Shown piece by piece: positions 46,261 through 55,160 of a stretch of DNA of 64,000 bases. The position numbers and the translations under genes were made by a program. The stretch is from Candidatus Pacearchaeota archaeon (lineage in GTDB: Archaea; Nanobdellota; Nanobdellia; Pacearchaeales; GW2011-AR1). The DNA lies in assembly GCA_018221285.1 (NCBI GenBank), contig JAAOYJ010000003.1, positions 87,030-151,029 of the forward strand, read 5' to 3'. Every line of letters begins with the position of its first letter. Within the stretch, counting starts at the first letter, position 1. The notes under the pieces are model-generated. The model made no database searches, was not told where the DNA came from, and saw nothing but the letters and a program-made list of their open reading frames with translations.

Positions 46261-47191
46261 AATTGCTCAAAGAACTGCTTTTGGAGAATCACTTATCGAA
46301 GCGGGGGAAAAGTATAATGATCTCCTTGTTGTAGACGCAGACCTGGGGGGCGCCACAAAAGTTTCCACGTTCGCACAAAAGTTTCCTGAAAGATCTTTTA
46401 ATGTGGGGATTGCAGAGCAAAATGGAATAAGTGTTGCTACGGGAATGGCCTTTAACGGGTATAGGCCTTTTATGGCGAGTTTTGGGGTTTTTTCTGCATC
46501 AAGATCAGACCAAATAAGAATCGCGGCTTATAGTGAAGCGCCAATAGTTATCGTTGGAACACACATAGGGCTCACAGGAAAAGATGGGGCCACCCATCAA
46601 GCACTAGAAGATATAGGCCTTTTATCTTCTCTTCCAAACATGAATATTTTCCAACCAACCGATTGTGTTGAAACAAGAGAAATTGTAAAGTATCTTGCTG
46701 GTGGAGAAGGAAGAGATATGTTAGCATATCTTAGATTATCAAGACATCCTCAAAGAGACGTTTTCGATGAAGATCATAAATTTATGTTTAACAAGGCCGC
46801 AACATTAAATTCTACTAAGAATCCACAAGGAGTTGTATTTACAACAGGAGATATTGCTTTGAAAGTATTGGATGCTACAACAGCCCTTTCTAAAAAAAAT
46901 TATCCTCTTGATGTATTAAGTTTCTCAACATTAAAGCCGATTGATAAAGAGGCGATTATTAATTACGCTGAAAAAGGAATGCCAATAATAACTGTTGAGG
47001 AGCATAATCCCACGGGAGGATTAGGGTCAAGAGTCTGTGAGGTTGTTGCTGAAAGAGGGCTTCCATCAAAAGTCTTGCGTTTGGGAGTAGATGGTTTTGG
47101 GGGAAGCGGAGATCCTGCAGATTTATATAGAAAGTTTGGTCTTGACGCACAAGGAATTGCAGACTCTGTCGAGAATTTTATTTATGATTAA
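46253..47191 (+). CDS. transketolase, C-terminal (pyrimidine-binding) subunit
   Basis: FNVGIAEQN, GATHQALEDI, a C-terminal domain. Overlaps the N-subunit stop. Confidence 0.88.
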   Translation: MSKIAQRTAFGESLIEAGEKYNDLLVVDADLGGATKVSTFAQKFPERSFNVGIAEQNGISVATGMAFNGYRPFMASFGVFSASRSDQIRIAAYSEAPIVIVGTHIGLTGKDGATHQALEDIGLLSSLPNMNIFQPTDCVETREIVKYLAGGEGRDMLAYLRLSRHPQRDVFDEDHKFMFNKAATLNSTKNPQGVVFTTGDIALKVLDATTALSKKNYPLDVLSFSTLKPIDKEAIINYAEKGMPIITVEEHNPTGGLGSRVCEVVAERGLPSKVLRLGVDGFGGSGDPADLYRKFGLDAQGIADSVENFIYD

Positions 47192-47192
47192 T

Positions 47193-49025
47193 TTACCTTA
47201 AAATTCCCCAATATTCAAACCATTTGTAAAGCAAAAATAATCTAATCTTACAATTTTGATATACTATTGAGTTATTCTTAAATACCTCTTCATTATAAAA
47301 TTCCAACCATTTTTTATCAATAATCTTATTTCTATACAAGACATCTAAACCTTTTTTTATCTCTTTCACATACTTTTTTTTATTAATCCATTCATCAATC
47401 GGAGGGCTAAATCCAGCCTTTTTTCTTTTTAATATTGTTTTTGGAAGCGTATCTTTTAATATTTCTTTCATTAATTTTTTTGTTTCAAACTTAGATGCCT
47501 TTAATTCAGCAGGAATTTTAAAAGAATATTCCATCAATCTATAATCTAAAAATGGCGATCTTACTTCTAATGAATTTGCCATTGAAGCCCGATCTGTTTT
47601 TAATAAATAGTTCTCAGACATAGTATTAAATTTTAAATCAAAAAGTCTAATGGCTTCACTTAAATTTCCTCCTGAATCTTTTAAGCAATCAATGAATCTA
47701 GGTTCAACGAATTTTTTATATTCTTTTGATTTATAGATATCCCCTCTTATTTCAGAATAAATCTTCTCTAAAGGAATTAAACTTAATCTGAGTCCTTCTT
47801 TCACATCCCTTAACTTATGTAAATTTACATTTTTCATTAATCTATAAAATATTAAACGAATTATTTTAGGAAACTTTCTCATAAAGGTGAGTTGAGAAGT
47901 TTTTTGATATTTTGGATACCCCCCAAATATCTCATCTCCTCCATCCCCACTTAATGAAACTTTTATTTTTTTAGAAGCATTTTTACAAAGTAAAAATGTT
48001 GGAAACATAGAATAATCTGCAAAAGGTTCATCATAGTAATAAAAAATATTCTTTAATTCTTCTTCAAATACTTTTTCATCAAAATAATCATGATTGTTTT
48101 TTAGTTTAAACAAATCATTGATAATCTTAATATATTTTGTTTCGTCATTCCCGTCCTTGAACCCAATGGAGTATGTTATAAGATCTTTTTTCACAAATTT
48201 ATTCATCTCAGCCACTATTGCTGAACTGTCTAATCCGCCACTTAGGAAAGCCCCAACAGGAACATCTGAAATTAATCTCAATCTTATTGCATCCTCTATT
48301 AATCTCTTCCCCTCTTCAATTAACTCTTTTTTATTATAAATTGGGTTATATTTTGGCCATTCGTAATAATAAAACTTATCTATTTTTCTGCCCTTTAAAT
48401 CAAAAATTAAATTTTGCCTCTGTTCTAATTTGTATACTTTTTGGTATATAGAGTATGGTGAAGGAATAAACCCTAGGGAAAGGTACAGATTAACTGCCTC
48501 TTTATTCAGATTTAATTTTAATCCATGTTTTAATATCCCTTTAATCTCCGAACTGAAAATAAATTTATTGTTGTCCCAAAAATAATAAAGGGGTTTTTTC
48601 CCGATTCTGTCTCTGCTTAAAAATAATATCTTTTTACTTAAATCAAAAATACAGAAGGCCCACATTCCATTGAATTTTTTTACACAGTCAAAACCCCATT
48701 CTAGATAACTTGCAAGAATAACCTCTGTATCTGATTTTGAATTGAATTTATATCCTAGAGAAACCAAGTCTTTTTTAATTTCCTGAAAATTATAAATCTC
48801 TCCATTAAAAACAATCGTCGCTTTTTTCCCTTTATGGGAATACTCCATTGGTTGGTGTCCTTTCTCTGATAAATCTAGAATCGCCAGTCGCCTGTGCCCC
48901 AGTGAAATCTTGTTTTTTGAATCATAAAATTCTCCCTCATCGTCAGGCCCCCTGTGTTTGAGAGAATCATTCATCCCACTTAGCACCTTCTTGTCAATGA
49001 AATTGAATCCGTTTATTCCACACAT
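47193..49025 (-). CDS. asnB: asparagine synthase (glutamine-hydrolysing)-family amidotransferase
   Basis: N-terminal MCGI nucleophile, SGGLDSS PP-loop. 610 aa. Confidence 0.9.
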   Translation of the reverse strand: MCGINGFNFIDKKVLSGMNDSLKHRGPDDEGEFYDSKNKISLGHRRLAILDLSEKGHQPMEYSHKGKKATIVFNGEIYNFQEIKKDLVSLGYKFNSKSDTEVILASYLEWGFDCVKKFNGMWAFCIFDLSKKILFLSRDRIGKKPLYYFWDNNKFIFSSEIKGILKHGLKLNLNKEAVNLYLSLGFIPSPYSIYQKVYKLEQRQNLIFDLKGRKIDKFYYYEWPKYNPIYNKKELIEEGKRLIEDAIRLRLISDVPVGAFLSGGLDSSAIVAEMNKFVKKDLITYSIGFKDGNDETKYIKIINDLFKLKNNHDYFDEKVFEEELKNIFYYYDEPFADYSMFPTFLLCKNASKKIKVSLSGDGGDEIFGGYPKYQKTSQLTFMRKFPKIIRLIFYRLMKNVNLHKLRDVKEGLRLSLIPLEKIYSEIRGDIYKSKEYKKFVEPRFIDCLKDSGGNLSEAIRLFDLKFNTMSENYLLKTDRASMANSLEVRSPFLDYRLMEYSFKIPAELKASKFETKKLMKEILKDTLPKTILKRKKAGFSPPIDEWINKKKYVKEIKKGLDVLYRNKIIDKKWLEFYNEEVFKNNSIVYQNCKIRLFLLYKWFEYWGILR

Positions 49026-50062
49026 TTTTCCATATAGTTTACCATTTTTTTAATTGTTGTTTGCCATCCTACTTCCAACCTATTTTTCAAACAGCCCTCT
49101 TTTGTGTAAAAATCATATTTTTTAAGTATCTTCGCGGTTTCACTGTTTTTTTTATTATGGATAACTGGCACTCCACAAGCAATACTTTCATAAATTTTTA
49201 AAGGTATAGCACATGTTCTTTCAGGAGAGTCGTAGTCAAAGGCAATCGTTTTTTCACATAAATTTATCAATCCTGGAATTTCATTATGGTTTACATGCCC
49301 AAGAACAATGAATTTTTCTGGATAATTATCCTTTAATTCATCATAAATATATCTATGGTCCCCCTCCCCTGCTATCAAAAATTTATATTTTCCCATGTTC
49401 TTTATCATAAATTCTCTGACTTCAAACGGCGCTTCGTCGAGTCTTATGTTTCCCACATACCCTATAATTTTTTCCTTTTCATCCAACCCTAGTTTTTCTC
49501 TAAGTTTCTTTAATATCTTATCATTCTTTTTCATAGGGTAAAATTTATTCAAATCCGCACCATTAGGAAAAACCTTAATATCAAACTCTGGAAATTTCTT
49601 TGCAAGCCCTTTGGAGAGCGCAGTTTTTTTTTGTGATAACCTCAAAGAAAGAACCCCAATCCAATAATATATTTTATTTACCCAATAAGGTCTCTCACCA
49701 ACCTCGCTCCCTAAAAAAGGCGAATCTCTTATATCAAAATGTTTAATAGGGATATTTTTATTGAAAATAAGTGGAATTCCATTAAAATAGTTAGAGCTTG
49801 TGGCAAAAAGATAATCTAAATCCCTGAATAATTTTCGTTTTAAAACAGTCTTAATTGAAAAAAAGTAGGATTTCCCTCTTATTTTTATTATTTCCAAATC
49901 AGGACTATCTATATTTTTTTTTGCATTCGTATCATTTGTTATCACTCTTACCTTATGCCCTCTTCTACAAAGTTCTTCAGCCAAAAAACTTACTCTTTTT
50001 GAGGCTGCATAATCTCCTGGATAAAATGCATTTGTAACAATTCCTATTTTCATTGAAGTCAT
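49013..50062 (-). CDS. GT4-family (GT-B) glycosyltransferase
   Basis: MKIGIVTNAFYP start and IYESIACGVPVI C-terminal motif. Confidence 0.7.
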   Translation of the reverse strand: MTSMKIGIVTNAFYPGDYAASKRVSFLAEELCRRGHKVRVITNDTNAKKNIDSPDLEIIKIRGKSYFFSIKTVLKRKLFRDLDYLFATSSNYFNGIPLIFNKNIPIKHFDIRDSPFLGSEVGERPYWVNKIYYWIGVLSLRLSQKKTALSKGLAKKFPEFDIKVFPNGADLNKFYPMKKNDKILKKLREKLGLDEKEKIIGYVGNIRLDEAPFEVREFMIKNMGKYKFLIAGEGDHRYIYDELKDNYPEKFIVLGHVNHNEIPGLINLCEKTIAFDYDSPERTCAIPLKIYESIACGVPVIHNKKNSETAKILKKYDFYTKEGCLKNRLEVGWQTTIKKMVNYMEKCVE

Positions 50063-50063
50063 T

Positions 50064-50792
50064 TTAATTTAAATTATTATTTTTTAGAAGGACATCGTCT
50101 CCGAAAATTTCTATAATCTTAAAGTTAGGTAATAATTGGCATATTTCATCAAGTGTTGGCTGCCCTTCATAAAGTTCATCATTTGAAAATTCTGTATAAA
50201 AGTATTTTGTTTTATTATTAAGTGTTTTAATCCCTCCTTTTATAAGTTCTCTTTCTGCTCCTTGAACATCTGCCCAGATAAAATCTATCCTTCCGATTTT
50301 GTTCTCTTTAGCCCATGTATCCAACCTTTTCGTTTTTACAATCATTTTTTTATCAAAAGTTATGTCTGGATTTAGTTTGAGATGATTTTTTGGTTTTTTA
50401 ATGGAAGAAGACAAATTCCATCCTTTTTTAGGCCCTTTCCCATCACTAACATAAAAAGTGGTCTGTCCGTTTTTACTTGAAATAGCAATTTCAAACAACT
50501 CACATCTTTTATCTTTGACTCTTTTCTTAAATCTTTTAATTGCCCTTTCATCAGGCTCAAAACAAAATATTTTTATCCTTCTAAATTCGTCTAAAAATTC
50601 TTTTGTATCAACTCCGGTATTTGCTCCTATCTCAAGTATTACTGGATTATTCTTTTTAAGAAGATTTTTAATTTTCCTTTTTGTCAAAGCTTTTTTATCC
50701 TCGGGTTTAACAATTTTTTTAATCATTTTTCTTATCCCCCATGGAAGATAGAGATCAACCATTTCCTTAATATTTTCCTTATAAATTTTCAT
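50064..50792 (-). CDS. FkbM-family methyltransferase
   Basis: ILEIGANTGVDT, FEP, IDFIWADVQGAE. ATG at 50792 (the ORF-track start is TTG). Confidence 0.8.
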   Translation of the reverse strand: MKIYKENIKEMVDLYLPWGIRKMIKKIVKPEDKKALTKRKIKNLLKKNNPVILEIGANTGVDTKEFLDEFRRIKIFCFEPDERAIKRFKKRVKDKRCELFEIAISSKNGQTTFYVSDGKGPKKGWNLSSSIKKPKNHLKLNPDITFDKKMIVKTKRLDTWAKENKIGRIDFIWADVQGAERELIKGGIKTLNNKTKYFYTEFSNDELYEGQPTLDEICQLLPNFKIIEIFGDDVLLKNNNLN

Positions 50793-50924
50793 CAACTTAA
50801 TTGATAAAACAGCATTATAAATCTTACCTTATGTTTTTGGTCTTACAGATAAGTGATTTAGTTTACCACACAAAATCACCAAGTCTTCCATTAACTTTAT
50901 TAATATTTAATTTTTTAAGAGTTT

Positions 50925-52406
50925 ATGAATAAATTTAATTTTTTAAATGATTCTTCCATAAGCGTTCTTTTTGAAAAAAATAATAAGAAAATTTTTGTTA
51001 TTTTATTCTGTATTTTCTTTGCTTTGTTAATGTTCCAGATACTCACCGTCAAAAATCAGGGGCAAGATAGTTCATGGTATATAGCATTGGGGAAAAATCT
51101 TGCAGAACATGGGAGCTATTCTTTAGAAGGAAGATATTCCCATTCCCAATATCCTCCAGGTTTTCCTCTTTTGATCGCAGCATTTTACCCTTTTTTTAAG
51201 AATGCATTCATCTCCGGATTGTTCGTGGTGGCCTTATCATCCATTTTAATTTTGTATTTAACTTATATAATCGGAAATTCTGCCGATAGAAAAATTGGGA
51301 TAATTGCCAGCTTTCTTTTGATTTTTAATACAGTCTTTTTAGCCCATTCCAATTTTGTTCTATCCCAAGTACCTTTCACATTTTTCTTCATTGCAGGGTT
51401 ATATTTCTTCAATAAAGGGTTTGAAAATGAAAAATATTTTCTTTTATCAATGCCTCTTATAGCCATGTCCTGCTTGATAAGGTTTGAAGGCTATCTTCTT
51501 ATTTTTCCAATGATTTATCTCTGCTTTAAAAATTGGAGCAAAACTAAGAAAGTAATTTTCAGAGATAAATTCTTAATAGGTTCTTTTTTGGGCTCATTAT
51601 TTCTTCTTTGGTGGTTTATCAGAAATTATCTTGTCTTCGGAAGCTTTTTTCCTAATCCCTTTAGGGGTGGAGACTTTATTTCTTATGATTCTTGGATTAA
51701 AACAATATTTTTAGCAGACCCGATATTATTTATCCTATTTATCCTCGGAGGTTTATTCCTTCTAAAGAAAAGGGACGAGCCTCTTTTAATGGCATTTTTT
51801 ATTTGGTTTCTGGGTTATTCTGTGCTTCATTCCTTTTGGACCAAATCTATAGCTTATGTCCCAATTATAGTCCCTATAATGGTATTAATTTCATCATATG
51901 GAATAATTAACTTCTTTGTAAAATTTAAATCCAGAAATAAATTGAAAATATTATCATTGATTCTCGTCCTTTATTTGATATTCCATTCTTTAATTTTCTT
52001 TGGAGTTCCATTATGGAAAGGTTCTCTTGAAATTAATCTCTGGGATCAAGATTTTATTCAAATGGAAGAACTTTCCAAATTTGCAAATACAAATCTTCCC
52101 TATGAAGGAAATTATTTAGTTCCTGATATCGCAGTTTATTCTTATTTGGATAAAAGTCATATCCTTTATTATAATGAAGGATTAAATAAAATTTTAAGCT
52201 CAGGAAATTTTGAAAACACATTCATAGTCGCAGATACCTATCATACTTGGATGACCCGCCCATTCCTTGCAGGAGAAAATGGTTCCATCTCTATGCCATT
52301 AGATGGAGGGAAAACTCTCGTTTTGAAAACAAATTTGATAAAAAAAGTAGATAAAAAAGAATATTATTCTATAATCCTGAATATTTCTGAGATTCAAATT
52401 AAATAA
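50925..52406 (+). CDS. GT-C fold membrane glycosyltransferase (ArnT/PMT-like)
   Basis: 493 aa, many TM segments, early loop QYPPGFPLL, C-terminal soluble domain. Confidence 0.6.
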   Translation: MNKFNFLNDSSISVLFEKNNKKIFVILFCIFFALLMFQILTVKNQGQDSSWYIALGKNLAEHGSYSLEGRYSHSQYPPGFPLLIAAFYPFFKNAFISGLFVVALSSILILYLTYIIGNSADRKIGIIASFLLIFNTVFLAHSNFVLSQVPFTFFFIAGLYFFNKGFENEKYFLLSMPLIAMSCLIRFEGYLLIFPMIYLCFKNWSKTKKVIFRDKFLIGSFLGSLFLLWWFIRNYLVFGSFFPNPFRGGDFISYDSWIKTIFLADPILFILFILGGLFLLKKRDEPLLMAFFIWFLGYSVLHSFWTKSIAYVPIIVPIMVLISSYGIINFFVKFKSRNKLKILSLILVLYLIFHSLIFFGVPLWKGSLEINLWDQDFIQMEELSKFANTNLPYEGNYLVPDIAVYSYLDKSHILYYNEGLNKILSSGNFENTFIVADTYHTWMTRPFLAGENGSISMPLDGGKTLVLKTNLIKKVDKKEYYSIILNISEIQIK

Positions 52407-52485
52407 TTCTAAAATCCACCACCCCTCATTAATAAAATAATTTCTTATTAGATAATTTTTTAAATAGATTTATTCTCTTGAATAG

Positions 52486-53406
52486 ATGTCTCCTGCATTA
52501 GAAGTTACAACAAGAATTGGGTGCAAAAATATGTGTTCTTACTGCCCACAAAAGACCATTATAAAAAAATATTCAGATTCTGGAGGGGATTTTTTGATGA
52601 AATTTGAAACCTTCAAAAAATGTCTATCTAAAGTTCCAAAGAATGTTCAGATTGATTTTTCTGGGATGGCAGAACCGTGGCTTAATCCGGATTGCTCTGA
52701 AATGGTCCTTCACACCCATAAATCAGGGTACAATCTATCCATTTTTACTACTCTTGTTGGGATGGAAAAATCCGATTTAAAAAAAATAAAGGACATCCCT
52801 TTCCAACAATTTATTGTCCATCTTCCTGATGCAGAAGAAAAAACAAAAATTAAAGTTGACAAAAAATATCTTTCTGTTTTGGAATATCTTTGCGAAAATA
52901 AAGTAAAAAATTGCGAGTTTCATTTTTTTAGTACAATTGAGCCTCAGATAATAAGTGTCTTGAAAAACTATCGGCTTAAAATAAAAGACATAAGCTCTAA
53001 TTTGGTTACAAGAGCAGGAAATCTAGGTTCTGGAAAACTGAAAAAGAAAAAGTCCATTTTTTGTAGTTCAGCTCCGAGAAATTTAAATCACAATGTTCTT
53101 CTTCCTAATGGGGATGTTATCCTTTGTTGCATGGATTATGGGCTTATACATAAGTTTGGGAATCTTCTAAAACAAGATTATGGATCATTGTTCAAAAGTA
53201 AGGAGCATTTAAGGATAAAGGAAGCTATGAAAAAAGGTGGAATTGGAACAATCTGTATGAATTGCGAAAAAGCTATTGAAAAAGGATCTATACCTCATTT
53301 AATCCATCTTTGCCACAATAATAAAATTCTTTCCAAATTTTCCAAAGTCGAATTTATAAAAAAGACCGCAAAGAAAATCCTTAAAAAAAATAATTCCAAG
53401 ATATAG
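52486..53406 (+). CDS. radical SAM protein with C-terminal Cys-rich (SPASM/twitch-like) region
   Basis: CKNMCSYC (CX3CX2C) near the N-terminus. CCMDYG ... CMNC near the C-terminus. Confidence 0.75.
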   Translation: MSPALEVTTRIGCKNMCSYCPQKTIIKKYSDSGGDFLMKFETFKKCLSKVPKNVQIDFSGMAEPWLNPDCSEMVLHTHKSGYNLSIFTTLVGMEKSDLKKIKDIPFQQFIVHLPDAEEKTKIKVDKKYLSVLEYLCENKVKNCEFHFFSTIEPQIISVLKNYRLKIKDISSNLVTRAGNLGSGKLKKKKSIFCSSAPRNLNHNVLLPNGDVILCCMDYGLIHKFGNLLKQDYGSLFKSKEHLRIKEAMKKGGIGTICMNCEKAIEKGSIPHLIHLCHNNKILSKFSKVEFIKKTAKKILKKNNSKI

Positions 53407-54816
53407 TCAAAAGAACTTTATTTTTCTCATAGCAAAAAAACACATTTTCAACAAAATCCAACCATGCCTAAATCTGCTTATATTAGTCTCCCCATATGTT
53501 CTTTCCTTATACCTGATTGGAACTTCAACAATCTTAAGATTCATCTTTGAAGCACCGAATATCAAATCAAAATCTCCAAAAGGATCAAACTCTCCAAAAT
53601 ATGCACGATTTCTCTTTAATTTTTCATAATCTTTTTTGTAGATTACTTTTGTCCCACATAAAGTATCCTTAAATCTTTGATCTAATAACCAAGTGAACAT
53701 TAAACCAAAAAATTTATTTCCAATTTTGTTTAAAGTTCTCATAGCTTCTTTGTCCATAGGGTAAACTAATCTACACCCATTGATGAATTCTCCCTGGTCT
53801 GTTTTCATAGCATTGTAAAATTTGGCCAAATCCTTGGGAGGAACAGTCAAATCAGCGTCGAGAATCATAAGAATATCCCCTTTTGCAGCATCATACCCTT
53901 TTCTAACTGCGTCACCCTTTCCCTTCCCTCCTTGTTTCATATACCTTATTTTCCATTTATTACCATATTTTTTAGCAACCCTTTTTATTTCTTGATAGGT
54001 GTTGTCAGTTGAGCCTCCTTCAACAAAAATTACTTCCATATCACTTACAATCCTTGGCATTTCCTTTATCGCCCTTTCTATATTTCCTTCCTCATTTCTT
54101 GCAGGAATTATCACAGAACAAGTATACTCTTTTTTCTGCCTTAACTCTCGCGGCCGAGCAACAACATAATTAATTAGACATAGTTTTCTAATCAATGGAA
54201 GTTGTGATATGAACTTATTAAAAAAAGTAGAAATGAGAGGAATATATTCTGGGATTAAGATCCTCTGCCCTTTTTTAACTACCTGAAAATCTGCAAGCTC
54301 AAGCAAGTTTTCTACGTCATCTGCTCCAAGCCAATTCTGAAGAGGCATTTTCATCTTCAAACCTACTTTCTCCGCAAGTTTTAAAATAGGTTCCCACAAA
54401 GCATTATGAAATGTAATTATCACTCTTGTTTCAGGCTTACAATTTTTCCTTAGATTCTCAAAACTCTTTTGAACATCTTCAAGAAGATTGACCGTATCAA
54501 TCATAAAAATAAAATCAACTTTTTTGTTCATTTTGAAATCCTCCGCGCTTCCTTTAATGAATTTTATTCCCCCCGGATTCTTAGAAGCAATTTCTACCAT
54601 CTCCCTACTAATATCTATCCCATACCGTTCCTTATTTGGAAATCTTTTTAATGTATCTCCTGTTCCACACCCTATTTCAAGTATCGAACCTTCTTTTCCC
54701 AAAAGAAACCACAACAACCTCTCAATCTCATTATGGTAATATTTATCTCTTCTAAGCCATCTCCCCCTGTCCTTGGCATACTTGTCAAAGAATTTTTCTA
54801 TTTTCTCTCTTCCCAT
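53407..54816 (-). CDS. bifunctional class I SAM methyltransferase / GT2 (Dpm1/ArnC-like polyprenyl-phosphate glycosyltransferase)
   Basis: N-half ILEIGCGTGDT. C-half SVIIPARNEEGNI, ILDADL, C-terminal helix. Confidence 0.8.
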   Translation of the reverse strand: MGREKIEKFFDKYAKDRGRWLRRDKYYHNEIERLLWFLLGKEGSILEIGCGTGDTLKRFPNKERYGIDISREMVEIASKNPGGIKFIKGSAEDFKMNKKVDFIFMIDTVNLLEDVQKSFENLRKNCKPETRVIITFHNALWEPILKLAEKVGLKMKMPLQNWLGADDVENLLELADFQVVKKGQRILIPEYIPLISTFFNKFISQLPLIRKLCLINYVVARPRELRQKKEYTCSVIIPARNEEGNIERAIKEMPRIVSDMEVIFVEGGSTDNTYQEIKRVAKKYGNKWKIRYMKQGGKGKGDAVRKGYDAAKGDILMILDADLTVPPKDLAKFYNAMKTDQGEFINGCRLVYPMDKEAMRTLNKIGNKFFGLMFTWLLDQRFKDTLCGTKVIYKKDYEKLKRNRAYFGEFDPFGDFDLIFGASKMNLKIVEVPIRYKERTYGETNISRFRHGWILLKMCFFAMRKIKFF

Positions 54817-55160
54817 TATTTTACTATAAGGAAAATTCCTAATATAATCAAGAAAATTCCCCCAATTTTTAATCCTGAAAAAGATTCCCCCAAGTAAAAG
54901 TGGGCAAAGATGCTAACCCAAATATATGTTGTCGCGAAAATAGGATATATGATTGAAATCTCTCCATGCTTCAAACTCCAAACAAACAAAACCGCAGATA
55001 AACCATACAAAAAGACTCCTACTATGAGCGGAATGTTTGTAAACCATAATATTGGGTTAAACGAGAAATTTTTTGAGGCAATCTTAAAAAAAATCTGTCC
55101 AGTAGCCCCTAATAATGCACAAAACAATACAATTAAGATTATTGTTAAATCAACTTTCAT
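54816..55160 (-). CDS. small EamA/SMR-like 4-TM transporter (ArnE/F-like candidate flippase subunit)
   Basis: 114 aa with four hydrophobic segments. Overlaps both neighbouring genes. Confidence 0.55.
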   Translation of the reverse strand: MKVDLTIILIVLFCALLGATGQIFFKIASKNFSFNPILWFTNIPLIVGVFLYGLSAVLFVWSLKHGEISIIYPIFATTYIWVSIFAHFYLGESFSGLKIGGIFLIILGIFLIVK

